The notes under the pieces are model-generated. The model was not told the DNA's origin. It searched no databases and worked only from the letters and a program-made list of their open reading frames with translations. Both the position numbers and the translations under genes were made by a program. From Fibrobacterales bacterium (GTDB taxonomy: Bacteria > Fibrobacterota > Fibrobacteria > Fibrobacterales > JAOPTW01), in contig JAOPTW010000037.1 in assembly GCA_051532035.1 (NCBI GenBank), positions 33,749-97,748 on the forward strand: DNA of 64,000 nucleotides. The letters run 5' to 3'. Shown piece by piece: positions 19,457 through 29,682 of this stretch (position 1 is the first letter of the stretch; each line of letters starts with the position of its first letter).

Positions 19457-20009
19457 GGCAATAGCGATAGGCTGTTCAAAAGGTGGATTATCTATTCTAC
19501 CTCAAATTCTGATGCCGTTACCCGCTGATTTTTCTATTCCGATTATAATAATTCAACATTTAAAAGAAGGGGGCGGAGAATATCTGCCTAAATATCTTGA
19601 TGATAAATGCGCATTGAAAGTGCGGGAAGCACAGGAACTCGCACCACTTAAGAAGGGATATATTTATACTGCTCCCTCAGGGTATCATCTCTATATTGAC
19701 AGTGAAAAAACCTTCTCCCTGAGCGTCGATGCTAAAGTGAATTATTCCCGTCCGTCAATTGATGTTTTTTTTGAGTCGGCTGCCAATGTTTTTACTTCAA
19801 GTTTGATAGGGGTACTACTCACCGGTGCAAATTGTGATGGTGCAAAAGGCATGGTGATGATAAAGAACAATGGGGGGCTCACTATAGCGCAGTCACTCGA
19901 AACCGCTGAGGCTCCGGCAATGCCGGGGAGTGCAATTGCTGAAGGTGTAGTAGATCATGTGCTGACCCCCGAAGATATTACGAACTTTATTTTGAAATTA
20001 ACCAGATAA
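19425..20009 (+). CDS. cheB: Stand-alone CheB methylesterase (no receiver domain)
   Basis: GCSKGG (Ser), IIQH (His), APSGYHL, RPSIDVFFES, LTGANCDG (Asp), AMP. Confidence 0.9.
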   Translation: MMTVLEATQYKAIAIGCSKGGLSILPQILMPLPADFSIPIIIIQHLKEGGGEYLPKYLDDKCALKVREAQELAPLKKGYIYTAPSGYHLYIDSEKTFSLSVDAKVNYSRPSIDVFFESAANVFTSSLIGVLLTGANCDGAKGMVMIKNNGGLTIAQSLETAEAPAMPGSAIAEGVVDHVLTPEDITNFILKLTR

Positions 20010-20013
20010 ACAA

Positions 20014-23000
20014 ATGAGAAATGAGATGAAATTCCAGAATTTACCATTCAGAATAAAAATTTTACTCAGTATCTGTGTGCCACTCGTATTGGCAACAGCT
20101 ATTGGCGTTATTAGCATTCTTAATTTGAGGGCACTTAATGAGACTGATAAATGGGTCGACCATACATACAATGTTATTATCGATGCAGAAGTATTGTTAA
20201 AATCAGCGGTGGACATGGAGACCGGCGAGCGGGGTTATCTGCTTTCCGGTAAAGAAGAATTTCTTGAGCCATATACTTCAGGTGCCCAGCGAATATATGA
20301 ACAGTTTATAACTCTGAAATTAGAGGTGAGCGATAACCCTAAACAGGTTATGCGACTTGATAACGCAGAGACAATTATCAGGGAGTGGCAGAAAAATGTG
20401 GCAGGTCATTTAATAGCGCTTCGACATGAAATTAAGAAACTTGAAAAAGCTGACATGAGTCTCTATACTGAAAAACAGAAAGAAATAGCAAGCATTGTCG
20501 GTCAGGCAAAGGGTAAAGAGTACTTTGACCGCTTCAGGGAAGTCATGGAGGCTTTTACTTCTGAAGAACAGGGGTTGCTAATGATTCGTCAAGGTAAAGA
20601 CAGTAATAAAATTAAAACAATAGAGCGGTTAATAGTTGGATGTATTATCATAGCTATACTCGTCGGACTCTTTTTTGCCTTTTTTGTTACGCGGGGAGTT
20701 CAGAAGCTTGTAGGTGGGGAGCCGGCCAAGATTGCCGAAATTGCCCAAAATGTGGCACGCGGTAACCTTGATGTCTCAATTGATGAAAAAGAGCCAGTCG
20801 GAATACTTGGTGCACTGGTAGAAATGATAAGTGTGCTCAATGGAATTGTATCTGAAGTGAATAATGTTGCATTTGAAGTAGAAGAAGGTAAACTGGACAC
20901 CCGGGGGGATGAATCGACTTATCAAGGAGGTTGGAAAAATATGGTGCTCGGAGTTAATAATGTAATCGAAACTATTACAGGGCATATTGATCAAATTCCA
21001 AACCCGTTCATGCTTATTGATAAAGAATTCAATATTCTGTATATGAACAAAATTGGCAATGAATGGACTGGTCGTTCAAAGGAACAGGCTGTGGGGCAAA
21101 AATGCTATGATCTATTTCGAACCCCTGACGGTGGAACAACCAATTGCGTATTCGCCAGGGCTATGAACAGTGGTAATCTGGAAAGTGGCATGACCGACGC
21201 TCACCCCGGTAACATGCATTTGAAGGTTGATTATAATGGTGTGCCTCTCAAAAATAAATCAGGGGAATGCGTCGGTGCACTTGAAATCTTTGTGGATCAG
21301 ACCAGCCAAAGGGATGAAGACTGGTTAAAATCAGGATTGAATGAGCTTAATAACAAAATGAGTAATGAACAGAATCCTATTGCATTAAGCCAGAATGCCT
21401 TGAATTTTCTTGCCGATTACCTGCACGCCCAGGTCGGTGCATGCTACCTAACGGATAAAAAAGATGATTTCAGGCTGGCAAGTAGTTACGCCTATAAAAT
21501 GCGTAGCAATAATTATACTGTTTTCAAGTTGGGAGAAAGTATGATTGGCCAGGCGGCTTTGGAGAAAAAAACTATTCTTTTTTCCGATGTACCTAAAGAA
21601 CACATCCCGTTTGATATCAATTCTGGTGTCGGTGATTCCACCCCTAACAATATTATTGTTTTTCCCGTAATACATGAACAGAAAGTACTTGGAGTTATGG
21701 TGCTGGGAACGGCGTCCCAGTTCAACAACAAAGAGATGGAATTTGTTGAACGTGCCGCTGGAAGTATTTCCATAAACCTCAGTTCAGCACAAGCACAAGT
21801 ACAAACGCAGTCGCTTCTTGAACAAACACAGACTCAACAAGAAGAACTCAGAGTTTCTAATGAAGAGTTGGAACAACAGGCAGAAGAGTTAAAATCATCT
21901 GAAGAGCAGTTACAGGTTCAGCAAGAAGAGTTGCGTGTTACTAACGAGGAGTTGACCGAAAAATCGGAGCTTCTGAGTAAACAGAAAGATGACGTTGAAA
22001 AAAGTAATGCAGAGATTAGGAGTTCTCGTGAAGAATTAAAAAATAAGGCCAGAGATTTAGAATTAAGTACAAAGTATAAATCAGAATTTTTGGCAAATAT
22101 GTCTCATGAATTGCGAACACCACTCAATAGCATGTTGTTACTTTCGAATAAGTTGGCTAAAAATTCGGATGAAAATTTAACAGAAAAACAGGTAAAAGAT
22201 GCTGAGATTGTCTATAAAAGTGGAAAAGATCTTTTAGAGCTTATTAATGATATTCTTGACTTATCAAAGGTTGAGTCTGGGAATATGAATATTAATGTAG
22301 AGGATGTTGCTATTGCTGATATAGTGTCTAATATGCAGAATATTTTTTCGACTATCATGGAAGAGAAAGGCTTGACCTTTAACCTTAATGTAGATAAGCA
22401 ACTACCACCATCATTATGTACCGATCAGCAGAGAGTCGAACAGGTTTTAAAAAATCTAATATCAAATGCACTAAAATTTACGCAGACTGGAACAATTGGT
22501 ATTGAATTTTTTAGGCCAGATAGTTCTGTGGTTCTAAGCTCGAATAGCTCTCCCATTGAAAATATGGTGGGAATTTCTGTAAGTGATACCGGCACTGGTA
22601 TTCCTAAAGAGAAACAGCGTGAGATTTTTGAGGCCTTTAGGCAGGCTGATGGCACTATTGTTAGAAAATATGGGGGTACAGGACTTGGGCTATCAATCTG
22701 CAAAGAGATGGCTCGTGTATTGGAGGGAGAAATACAGCTTCAGAGTACGGTTGATGAAGGATCAGTTTTCACACTCTTTCTACCGGAAAAATGTATTGAT
22801 AAGCTAGCTATGAATACAGAATTGGTAACTGAAGCTATTGGTAACAGGATTGAGAGTCCATCAGAAGTCAAAGGATTTATTTCAGGTATCAAAGATGATC
22901 GCTTAGAGCTCAGCTCCACAGATAAAGCAATTCTCATTATTGAGGATGATGTGAGGTTTGCTCAAATAGTCTACGATATTTGTAAAGAAAAAGGAATGAA

Positions 23001-24090
23001 ATGCATACATACTACGAGTGGTGAAGAAGGTTTGCAATTGGTTCAGGAGTATCAGGTGAGTGCGATGTTACTTGATATCAAGTTACCGGGTATCGATGGC
23101 TGGGAGGTGTTAAAACGTCTTAAATATAGCTCTCATGCAAAACATATTCCTGTACATATCATGTCGGTAAATGATAAGCCAGGTGATTATTTCAATAAGG
23201 GTGTAATAGGGTATTTACAGAAACCCGCATCTTCTGAAGCATTGGAAAAAGCACTTTCACAACTCTCAAATGTAGCCACTGATACTCCTAAAAAATTGTT
23301 GGTTTGTGAAGATCAAAGTGAAGTAGCAGAACAATTAATTGAAACGTTTAGTGGATTGGATGTTGAAATTGATATTGCTAAAAATGGTATGGAAGGGTTA
23401 CAAAAAATTCAAGCAAATAGTTATGATAGTATAATTCTTGATTTAATGCTCCCTGATATTACTGGACTTGAACTTTTAAAAAAACTGGATACCATAGAGG
23501 GATTTCATCTCCCACCGGTAATTATTCATACCGCAAAAAGTCTAACCGCACAGGAGTCATTTGAGCTCAGTAAATACGCCAGCTCAATGATAACTAAAGA
23601 GGGGGAGTCGCAGGATCGGCTCGTTGATGAAGTCTCACTCTTTCTTCATGCGATTAATAGTACCTCCGAATCTCATGGCACTGTTCCCTATGTCATTGTA
23701 GATGATAAAAAAGTATTTGAAGGGAAAAAAATAATGATTGTGGATGATGATGCGAGAAACATATACTCGGTTATATCTGTACTCGAAGAGTATAAAATGA
23801 ATTTTGTTAAAGCACAAAATGGTAAGATGGCATTGAAAGAGTTAGAGAATCACCCTGATATTGATGTTGTTTTAATGGATATTATGATGCCCGAAATGGA
23901 TGGCTATGAAGCGACAAGAAAAATACGTGAAATGCCCAATTATAAAACATTACCCATTATCGCATTGACTGCAAAGGGGATGAAAAAAGATCGTCAATTA
24001 TGCCTTGAGGCTGGAGTGACAGACTACCTAATGAAACCCATAGATGCTGATAAATTGTTGTCAACAATGAGAGTGTGTTTGCATTCATAA
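20014..24090 (+). CDS. Hybrid sensor histidine kinase CHASE3-HAMP-PAS-GAF-coiled coil-HisKA-HATPase-3xREC
   Basis: WVDHT...DMETGERGYLLSG (CHASE3); EELxxxNEEL repeats; FLANMSHELRTPLN; NLISNALKFT, DTGTGI, GGTGLGL; three receiver domains. Confidence 0.92.
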   Translation: MRNEMKFQNLPFRIKILLSICVPLVLATAIGVISILNLRALNETDKWVDHTYNVIIDAEVLLKSAVDMETGERGYLLSGKEEFLEPYTSGAQRIYEQFITLKLEVSDNPKQVMRLDNAETIIREWQKNVAGHLIALRHEIKKLEKADMSLYTEKQKEIASIVGQAKGKEYFDRFREVMEAFTSEEQGLLMIRQGKDSNKIKTIERLIVGCIIIAILVGLFFAFFVTRGVQKLVGGEPAKIAEIAQNVARGNLDVSIDEKEPVGILGALVEMISVLNGIVSEVNNVAFEVEEGKLDTRGDESTYQGGWKNMVLGVNNVIETITGHIDQIPNPFMLIDKEFNILYMNKIGNEWTGRSKEQAVGQKCYDLFRTPDGGTTNCVFARAMNSGNLESGMTDAHPGNMHLKVDYNGVPLKNKSGECVGALEIFVDQTSQRDEDWLKSGLNELNNKMSNEQNPIALSQNALNFLADYLHAQVGACYLTDKKDDFRLASSYAYKMRSNNYTVFKLGESMIGQAALEKKTILFSDVPKEHIPFDINSGVGDSTPNNIIVFPVIHEQKVLGVMVLGTASQFNNKEMEFVERAAGSISINLSSAQAQVQTQSLLEQTQTQQEELRVSNEELEQQAEELKSSEEQLQVQQEELRVTNEELTEKSELLSKQKDDVEKSNAEIRSSREELKNKARDLELSTKYKSEFLANMSHELRTPLNSMLLLSNKLAKNSDENLTEKQVKDAEIVYKSGKDLLELINDILDLSKVESGNMNINVEDVAIADIVSNMQNIFSTIMEEKGLTFNLNVDKQLPPSLCTDQQRVEQVLKNLISNALKFTQTGTIGIEFFRPDSSVVLSSNSSPIENMVGISVSDTGTGIPKEKQREIFEAFRQADGTIVRKYGGTGLGLSICKEMARVLEGEIQLQSTVDEGSVFTLFLPEKCIDKLAMNTELVTEAIGNRIESPSEVKGFISGIKDDRLELSSTDKAILIIEDDVRFAQIVYDICKEKGMKCIHTTSGEEGLQLVQEYQVSAMLLDIKLPGIDGWEVLKRLKYSSHAKHIPVHIMSVNDKPGDYFNKGVIGYLQKPASSEALEKALSQLSNVATDTPKKLLVCEDQSEVAEQLIETFSGLDVEIDIAKNGMEGLQKIQANSYDSIILDLMLPDITGLELLKKLDTIEGFHLPPVIIHTAKSLTAQESFELSKYASSMITKEGESQDRLVDEVSLFLHAINSTSESHGTVPYVIVDDKKVFEGKKIMIVDDDARNIYSVISVLEEYKMNFVKAQNGKMALKELENHPDIDVVLMDIMMPEMDGYEATRKIREMPNYKTLPIIALTAKGMKKDRQLCLEAGVTDYLMKPIDADKLLSTMRVCLHS

Positions 24091-26558
24091 TGGAAGGGGG
24101 AATAATGAGCTATCCAAAAGTGTTAATTGTTGATGATAAATCTGAAAATTTAATAGTGCTTGAAAGAGTATTGGAAGATTTGGATGTTGAATTGATTAAA
24201 GCAACCTCCGGAAATGAGTCGATTTTTAAAGCGCTGGAACTTGATTTTGCCATTATTATCATGGATGTACAAATGCCCAATATGGATGGTTTTGAAGCTG
24301 CAGAGCTGATTCGGAAAGAGGAGAAAAATAGAAATATTCCAATCATTTTTCTTTCCGCTGTATTTCATGATGACTATTATAAAATAAAGGGTGTAGTGGC
24401 TGGTGGCATAGATTTTCTTTCCAAACCTATTATTGAGGAGTTGTTACTGGGTAAGGTTAAAATGTTTCTTAGACTCTATGAAAACCAGAGGGCTATTCAG
24501 GAGTACGCCAAAAAAGTAGAGCAAATGAGTGCATACAAATCTGAATTTCTTGCAAATATGAGTCATGAGATTAGGACACCAATGAATGCCATTATAGGAT
24601 TAAGTCAACTGGCGTTGCAGACAGAGATGACCCCTAAGCAACATGATTATTTGGCAAAAATTGATATGTCCGCACATTCCTTACTCGGAATTATCAATGA
24701 CATTCTCGATTTTTCAAAAATTGAAGCTGGAAAACTCGATATTGAAGTGGTGGACTTTAATATCGAAGAGGTCATAACAAATGTTTTTGATCAAGTTATG
24801 TTTAAAATAGAAGAGAAAAATCTTGAATTATTGTATCATGCTCCCGTTGATGTGAGCTTAAGCTTACGAGGGGATCCGTTACGGTTAGGACAAATATTGT
24901 TAAACCTTATCAATAATGCAATTAAATTTACCGAGGAAGGTAAGGTTATTGTCTCAATAACAGTTATGGAAGTTACCGGTTCTAATGTTTCACTTGAGTT
25001 TTCGGTTAAAGATACGGGAATAGGGATGAATCCTGAACAACAAAAAAAGTTATTTGCTCCCTTTACCCAGGCTGACATTTCGAGCACTCGAAAGTATGGA
25101 GGGACAGGGTTAGGATTATCTATATGTAAAAAGCTTGTTGAGATGATGGGGGGCACAATCTCTTTGAAATCGACTGAAGAAGTAGGGAGCACTTTTAGCT
25201 TTACTATTGCCTTAGAAAAATCAGCAGCACAAGAATTAATGATACCAAGAAATGCTTCACAACTTAAAGAGAAGCACTTACTGCTTGTTGCTGAAGGTGT
25301 TGAGTCACTGAGTTTTTTATATGAAATGCTAAATTCTATGTTTGATCATATAGATACGAGTCTTTCTATAGGCGATGCCTTATTGAAGTTGGAGACTGTT
25401 TCAATAATCAATGAATCATATGATCTTATAATAGTAGATTCTAATGTAGAGAAGAGTAGTGGGGGTGCCTTTATTCGGTCTCTTGAAGCAAATACAAAAA
25501 TTGATACAAAACCTCTGAGTATATTATTGACATCGAGTAGAGGCGACAAAGAAGTCCATGGTAATGATTGTAAAGGGGTTTCGGGCGTTGTAACAAAACC
25601 GGTAACTCCATCGAATCTTTTTAATGTTATTATGGAAGTATTTCATCTTAAACATAAAATAGTGGTAAAACCCTCCATTAAAGGACCTATTGAAAATCGA
25701 GACTTAGAACCATATTTAGGGGCTCGAATTTTACTTGTTGAGGATAATGAAATAAACCAGCAAATAGCAAATGAGTTTTTAACGAATGCAGGTTTTAACG
25801 TAGAAATTGTCGATAGTGGTGATAAAGCAATTCGGACAGTACAGGAAAATGAATATCATCTGATACTTATGGATGTTCAGATGCCAGGAAAAGATGGGTA
25901 TGATACTACCCGGGAGATACGTCAGTTGACCTCAGAAGCTAAGGATGTCGTTATTATAGCAATGACCGCCCATGCACTTAAAGGGGATGCTGAAAGAAGT
26001 ATTGAGGCTGGAATGAATGATCATGTTACAAAGCCAATAGATACCGATGAACTTTTTAGAGTTTTAATTAAGTGGTTAGAAAAAATATTTGTTAAAACAA
26101 CTATTCAGAGGGAAGATAAAGGCAATGGTATCAGTTCTTATAAAAAGAAAATAATTCCTATGAAATTTAAAGGAATAGATGTAACGGCTGGCCTTAAAAA
26201 TATTAATGGTAATCAAGTATTATTTAAAAAACTAATGAAAATGTTTAGGGACAAGCATGCTGACACAGCGAACGAAATAGTAAACGCTCTCAATAGTGAG
26301 AATAATCAAGCTGTCATGGATATGGTTCATTCTATGATAGGTATAGCGGGGAACCTTGGGGCGACAGGACTTTTGAAAGTTGCCCAAGAATTTGATTCGT
26401 CTCTTAGGCAAGGTGAAACAAATCAGTATAGTGCTTTCGCGAAGGAATTTAAGAGAGAGTTTGAATTGGTATTAGGGGCCGCGTCATTGATTTGCGAGAT
26501 GGAGGTCATTCCTGTTGAAGAGAACGGTGTTGAACCTGATCGCCGGGTGGGCAATTGA
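24075..26558 (+). CDS. Hybrid histidine kinase REC-HisKA-HATPase-REC-REC-Hpt
   Basis: VLIVDD...MDVQMP; FLANMSHEIRTPMN; GGTGLGL; degenerate middle REC, canonical last REC; Hpt VHSMIGIAGNLGA. The start may be ATG 24105. Confidence 0.92.
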   Translation: MFAFIMEGGIMSYPKVLIVDDKSENLIVLERVLEDLDVELIKATSGNESIFKALELDFAIIIMDVQMPNMDGFEAAELIRKEEKNRNIPIIFLSAVFHDDYYKIKGVVAGGIDFLSKPIIEELLLGKVKMFLRLYENQRAIQEYAKKVEQMSAYKSEFLANMSHEIRTPMNAIIGLSQLALQTEMTPKQHDYLAKIDMSAHSLLGIINDILDFSKIEAGKLDIEVVDFNIEEVITNVFDQVMFKIEEKNLELLYHAPVDVSLSLRGDPLRLGQILLNLINNAIKFTEEGKVIVSITVMEVTGSNVSLEFSVKDTGIGMNPEQQKKLFAPFTQADISSTRKYGGTGLGLSICKKLVEMMGGTISLKSTEEVGSTFSFTIALEKSAAQELMIPRNASQLKEKHLLLVAEGVESLSFLYEMLNSMFDHIDTSLSIGDALLKLETVSIINESYDLIIVDSNVEKSSGGAFIRSLEANTKIDTKPLSILLTSSRGDKEVHGNDCKGVSGVVTKPVTPSNLFNVIMEVFHLKHKIVVKPSIKGPIENRDLEPYLGARILLVEDNEINQQIANEFLTNAGFNVEIVDSGDKAIRTVQENEYHLILMDVQMPGKDGYDTTREIRQLTSEAKDVVIIAMTAHALKGDAERSIEAGMNDHVTKPIDTDELFRVLIKWLEKIFVKTTIQREDKGNGISSYKKKIIPMKFKGIDVTAGLKNINGNQVLFKKLMKMFRDKHADTANEIVNALNSENNQAVMDMVHSMIGIAGNLGATGLLKVAQEFDSSLRQGETNQYSAFAKEFKREFELVLGAASLICEMEVIPVEENGVEPDRRVGN

Positions 26559-26751
26559 AAGGCGAACAGGAAGTGACATTAGTTATTGAATATCTTACCG
26601 ATATCAATGTAGGGGAGTATATCGATGAATGGAGAAAGCTCTCATAAGTGCAACCACCATTTTGACAGTAACCATACCAGGGGATTAAGGTGCTGTCTAT
26701 TTAATTAAGCCAATAAGATCTTTAATTTTGCCGAGAAGTCTAGAGTGTGAC

Positions 26752-28203
26752 CTATTCCTCCGATACATTTTGAATACACCGCACCGAAAGTGCGTAAGAT
26801 TTACTGATGCTTGTACCATAAAAAGAGGTGCCGCTGGTCAGTGTTCTTTTGTATGCATGGGTTGAGTCAGACTCTGATGTACTCCACCAGTTGCATTCAA
26901 TACCCAGGTAGTCGTACTCTGAGTTATTGCGATACCCTCCGGGAATAGCAGAAAAATTAAAATCATTGGTGGCGGTATTCCAGATTGATGCGAGTTTTAG
27001 TCTGTTGGCAGTGTTCCTTGAATACTGGGAGTTGCTCACGACTGCGGTATCATTTTCGGAAGTAATAGTGGTTAGACTGAATTGAGGGGCGTTGTTTGCA
27101 TATTCTTTGAGTATATTCCACTCGTCATGAGAGGGTAGGTGCCAGTTCTCTGGGCATAGTCCCTGGTAATCTTCAGATGGGTCGCCTATGGTTGAATCGC
27201 TAAAAACCAATGAATCAATTGCCATGGCGATTGCCCATGGATAGAGCCGGCCATACGTATTGCATTTTTCTGAATCATTATTATAGCAGGTTGAGGATTC
27301 TGTATCATAGTTTAAATTCTCAGACATCCAAATTTGTGTTCCTATTCTGGCCCAGGTATATTCAATGTTGTCGCGTGAGTCGGTAACGGTACCAATGATA
27401 TCTGCTTGTTCTAGCTCTTTGTCTGAAACTGATGCGTCTTTAAATAGTTTATACGGTACTCCTGCGGTATGGAGTTCTTCAATATCCACTCCGGCCTCAA
27501 TAAGGTCAGTTACTCCTGCGCCACCATACAGCAGATCCCTCACAGAGATCCCCGCAGATAACAGGTAGTCAGCATCGATCCCGACATTCAGAAGGTTGGT
27601 TACTATAGGTGACGTGTTAGTGTCGGTGTTCATAATCTTCCAGTGCTCGGATTGTTTTTTATAGTACATCTGCTCGGTGATGTCTAAATAGGTATCCCCG
27701 TATTCTCCCATATAATCCGTCGGTGGTGCGATACCCGACAGAAATGTAGTACCGTCTTCACCTAGGTTGCCATCCTCTCCATTTTTACCATCCTCTCCAT
27801 CCTCACCGTTGTCTCCATTCTTACCATTTTTTCCGTTCTTTCCATCTTCACCGTTGTCACCATCGATACCATTTTCTCCATCACTGCCACTTTTTCCATT
27901 GTTTCCGTCGGTGATTGTGATGTAAGTCCCATCGTCGCAGGATACAATTTTTATATCAGCATCATCTTCGTCTTCTGTGACAGAACATGAACTTCCATCA
28001 TCTCCGGTTTTGCCTCTAGTTCCATTGTCGCCATTAGTGAGTGTATCTGCTACGATACCCCCGCACGAAATTTCAATTCCTTCTGAAATTGATTGTGCAA
28101 TACATGACGTTCCGTCCTTGGATTCACTTGAATCATCAAGTAAGCATGATGTGAGAGTGACACACAGTACTGATATGAGAGATAATTTTATTTTGTTAAA
28201 CAC
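26752..28203 (-). CDS. Lipoprotein with collagen-like repeats and a C-terminal FISUMP (Fibrobacter major paralogous) domain
   Basis: Lipobox LTSC; G-X-Y run; TDSRD...IGTQIWMSENLNY, YGRLYPW, QGLCPENWHLPS, FSAIPGG, WWS, SVRC. Confidence 0.88.
   Translation of the reverse strand: MFNKIKLSLISVLCVTLTSCLLDDSSESKDGTSCIAQSISEGIEISCGGIVADTLTNGDNGTRGKTGDDGSSCSVTEDEDDADIKIVSCDDGTYITITDGNNGKSGSDGENGIDGDNGEDGKNGKNGKNGDNGEDGEDGKNGEDGNLGEDGTTFLSGIAPPTDYMGEYGDTYLDITEQMYYKKQSEHWKIMNTDTNTSPIVTNLLNVGIDADYLLSAGISVRDLLYGGAGVTDLIEAGVDIEELHTAGVPYKLFKDASVSDKELEQADIIGTVTDSRDNIEYTWARIGTQIWMSENLNYDTESSTCYNNDSEKCNTYGRLYPWAIAMAIDSLVFSDSTIGDPSEDYQGLCPENWHLPSHDEWNILKEYANNAPQFSLTTITSENDTAVVSNSQYSRNTANRLKLASIWNTATNDFNFSAIPGGYRNNSEYDYLGIECNWWSTSESDSTHAYKRTLTSGTSFYGTSISKSYALSVRCIQNVSEE
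27745..27906 (-). repeat. Collagen-like (Gly-X-Y)18 coding repeat
   Basis: GNN GKS GSD GEN GID GDN GED GKN GKN GKN GDN GED GED GKN GED GNL GED GTT. Confidence 0.9.
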
Positions 28204-28566
28204 CTTTAGCTCCTGTTTGTAGGGAGAATAATTGATAGCTTAACATATTTAATGTACAAAAACCATAAGGTTTGAGATGCTCGGTTACTTTTATTGTTTT
28301 GAGTATTTAGGTAATTGATTTTGTAATCACTGCTTATTACAGCGGTATGATCCCCTCAATGGGGCAGGGGTATGTGAAATTGGTAAGCTTGGAGGGTTTT
28401 TATATAGTAAGCAATGGTGGGCTCAGCTTCACCATATTCATTTGGATCCTAGTCGTTTTGAATATACCGTAATGGATGCTGTTTTATTCTAAAACATAAA
28501 GCCCTCTACAAAACAGTGGAAGGCTTTAAGGTACTCCTATTGAGTTGCCTTCTGTTTATGAATCAT

Positions 28567-28873
28567 TTACAGCTTAAGCCAGTATTTCTTTATATTTAAT
28601 GGGGTTTCTTCTGATAGTAAAGGATTGTCAACAGTAAAGATGAGCCTGTTTGCGCAATAAAGCTCGTCCTCTTGACATTGGCTCCTTCGCATACGTAATG
28701 TGGTAATTTCCATGGGTTTTAACCGTAGCATCAAGAGCTTCTTTTAAGATTCTATGAGAGTAAACATGTCTTTTGTCATCTTTAGAAATCCCTGGAGCGA
28801 GTTTAATAACTGTTTGAGCGAGTAACGCCTGCGCCAATAATAGTATCGAAAAGAGTAGCGATTTTTTTTCCAT
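28567..28873 (-). pseudogene. Internally deleted periplasmic substrate-binding protein
   Basis: Signal peptide and N-terminus (D.R..Y...IL..AL..T...HG.Y...MSRGRAL) run out of frame into ANRLIFTVDNPLLSEETPLNIKKYWLKL*, a C-terminus of the type seen in this family. Confidence 0.7.
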
Positions 28874-28915
28874 GAGATCTCCCATTCTAAAATATCGATC
28901 TGTATTCCACAATTA

Positions 28916-29377
28916 TTAATTTGATATAATAGGGAATAGTGTCCACTTAATATACCAGTGTGAATCTGAGGTATCCCGATCAAGACACACTACGCCACTA
29001 TTTTGAAATTTCAGTATTTCTACTTCAGAGGTTCCACATATAAGATAGGCACAGAGGTGGTGTAGATAGGGGAGGTGTCCGACTATCATGGTGTTGTTAT
29101 TGTGCAAGGAATCTCCCAAAGCAGATACCTCATGATTGGGTGATAGAGTGTCCAGCTCTGTGAGGCCGCCTAATGGATGGAGGGCTTCGGCAAAAATTTT
29201 TGCGGTATCAATAGCTCTTTTTTTGTCACTATGTATAATATGAGTAACATCAACTTCACGGATTTGTAGTTGTTCCGCTGTAGTATGGGTAATTTTCTTC
29301 CCTTCTTCTGTTAATCCTCTGGTAGAGTCAACCTCTTTTGGATGGGCCTGTCCGTGTTGTACGAGAAAAAGTGCCAT
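28916..29377 (-). CDS. sixA: Phosphohistidine phosphatase SixA
   Basis: LFLVQHG (RHG variant), R.LT.EG, HSDKKRAIDTA, MIVGHLP. Confidence 0.85.
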   Translation of the reverse strand: MALFLVQHGQAHPKEVDSTRGLTEEGKKITHTTAEQLQIREVDVTHIIHSDKKRAIDTAKIFAEALHPLGGLTELDTLSPNHEVSALGDSLHNNNTMIVGHLPYLHHLCAYLICGTSEVEILKFQNSGVVCLDRDTSDSHWYIKWTLFPIISN

Positions 29378-29682
29378 GGTAATATCTCCCTGATGTTTTG
29401 TGATATAGTATCATACTTTATATAGTGTGTAAATGAAAATCCTTTCATGACTTGGAAAGGGCAGTGTCGCCAGTTTTTAAAAATGTTTCGTAAAAAAAGG
29501 TCTTTTTAGAATCACGGTTTTTTCACTATGGAAAATTCCGGTTCCTGCACTCGTAACCTATATCTCACCTTCAGAAATAACATGGGTATTAGCCATATTT
29601 ATCAGTAATTGTTGTCTAAAACAGCATTTTATTAGCTAAAATGTGGTACTATGTATAGAAACCAATTCAATCTTAGGGATAT

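Noticed and set aside
26540..26647. Alternative-frame peptide QLKGEQEVTLVIEYLTDINVGEYIDEWRKLS as a frameshifted kinase tail
   Set aside because: The Hpt domain is already complete, and I recognise no motif to support a frameshift
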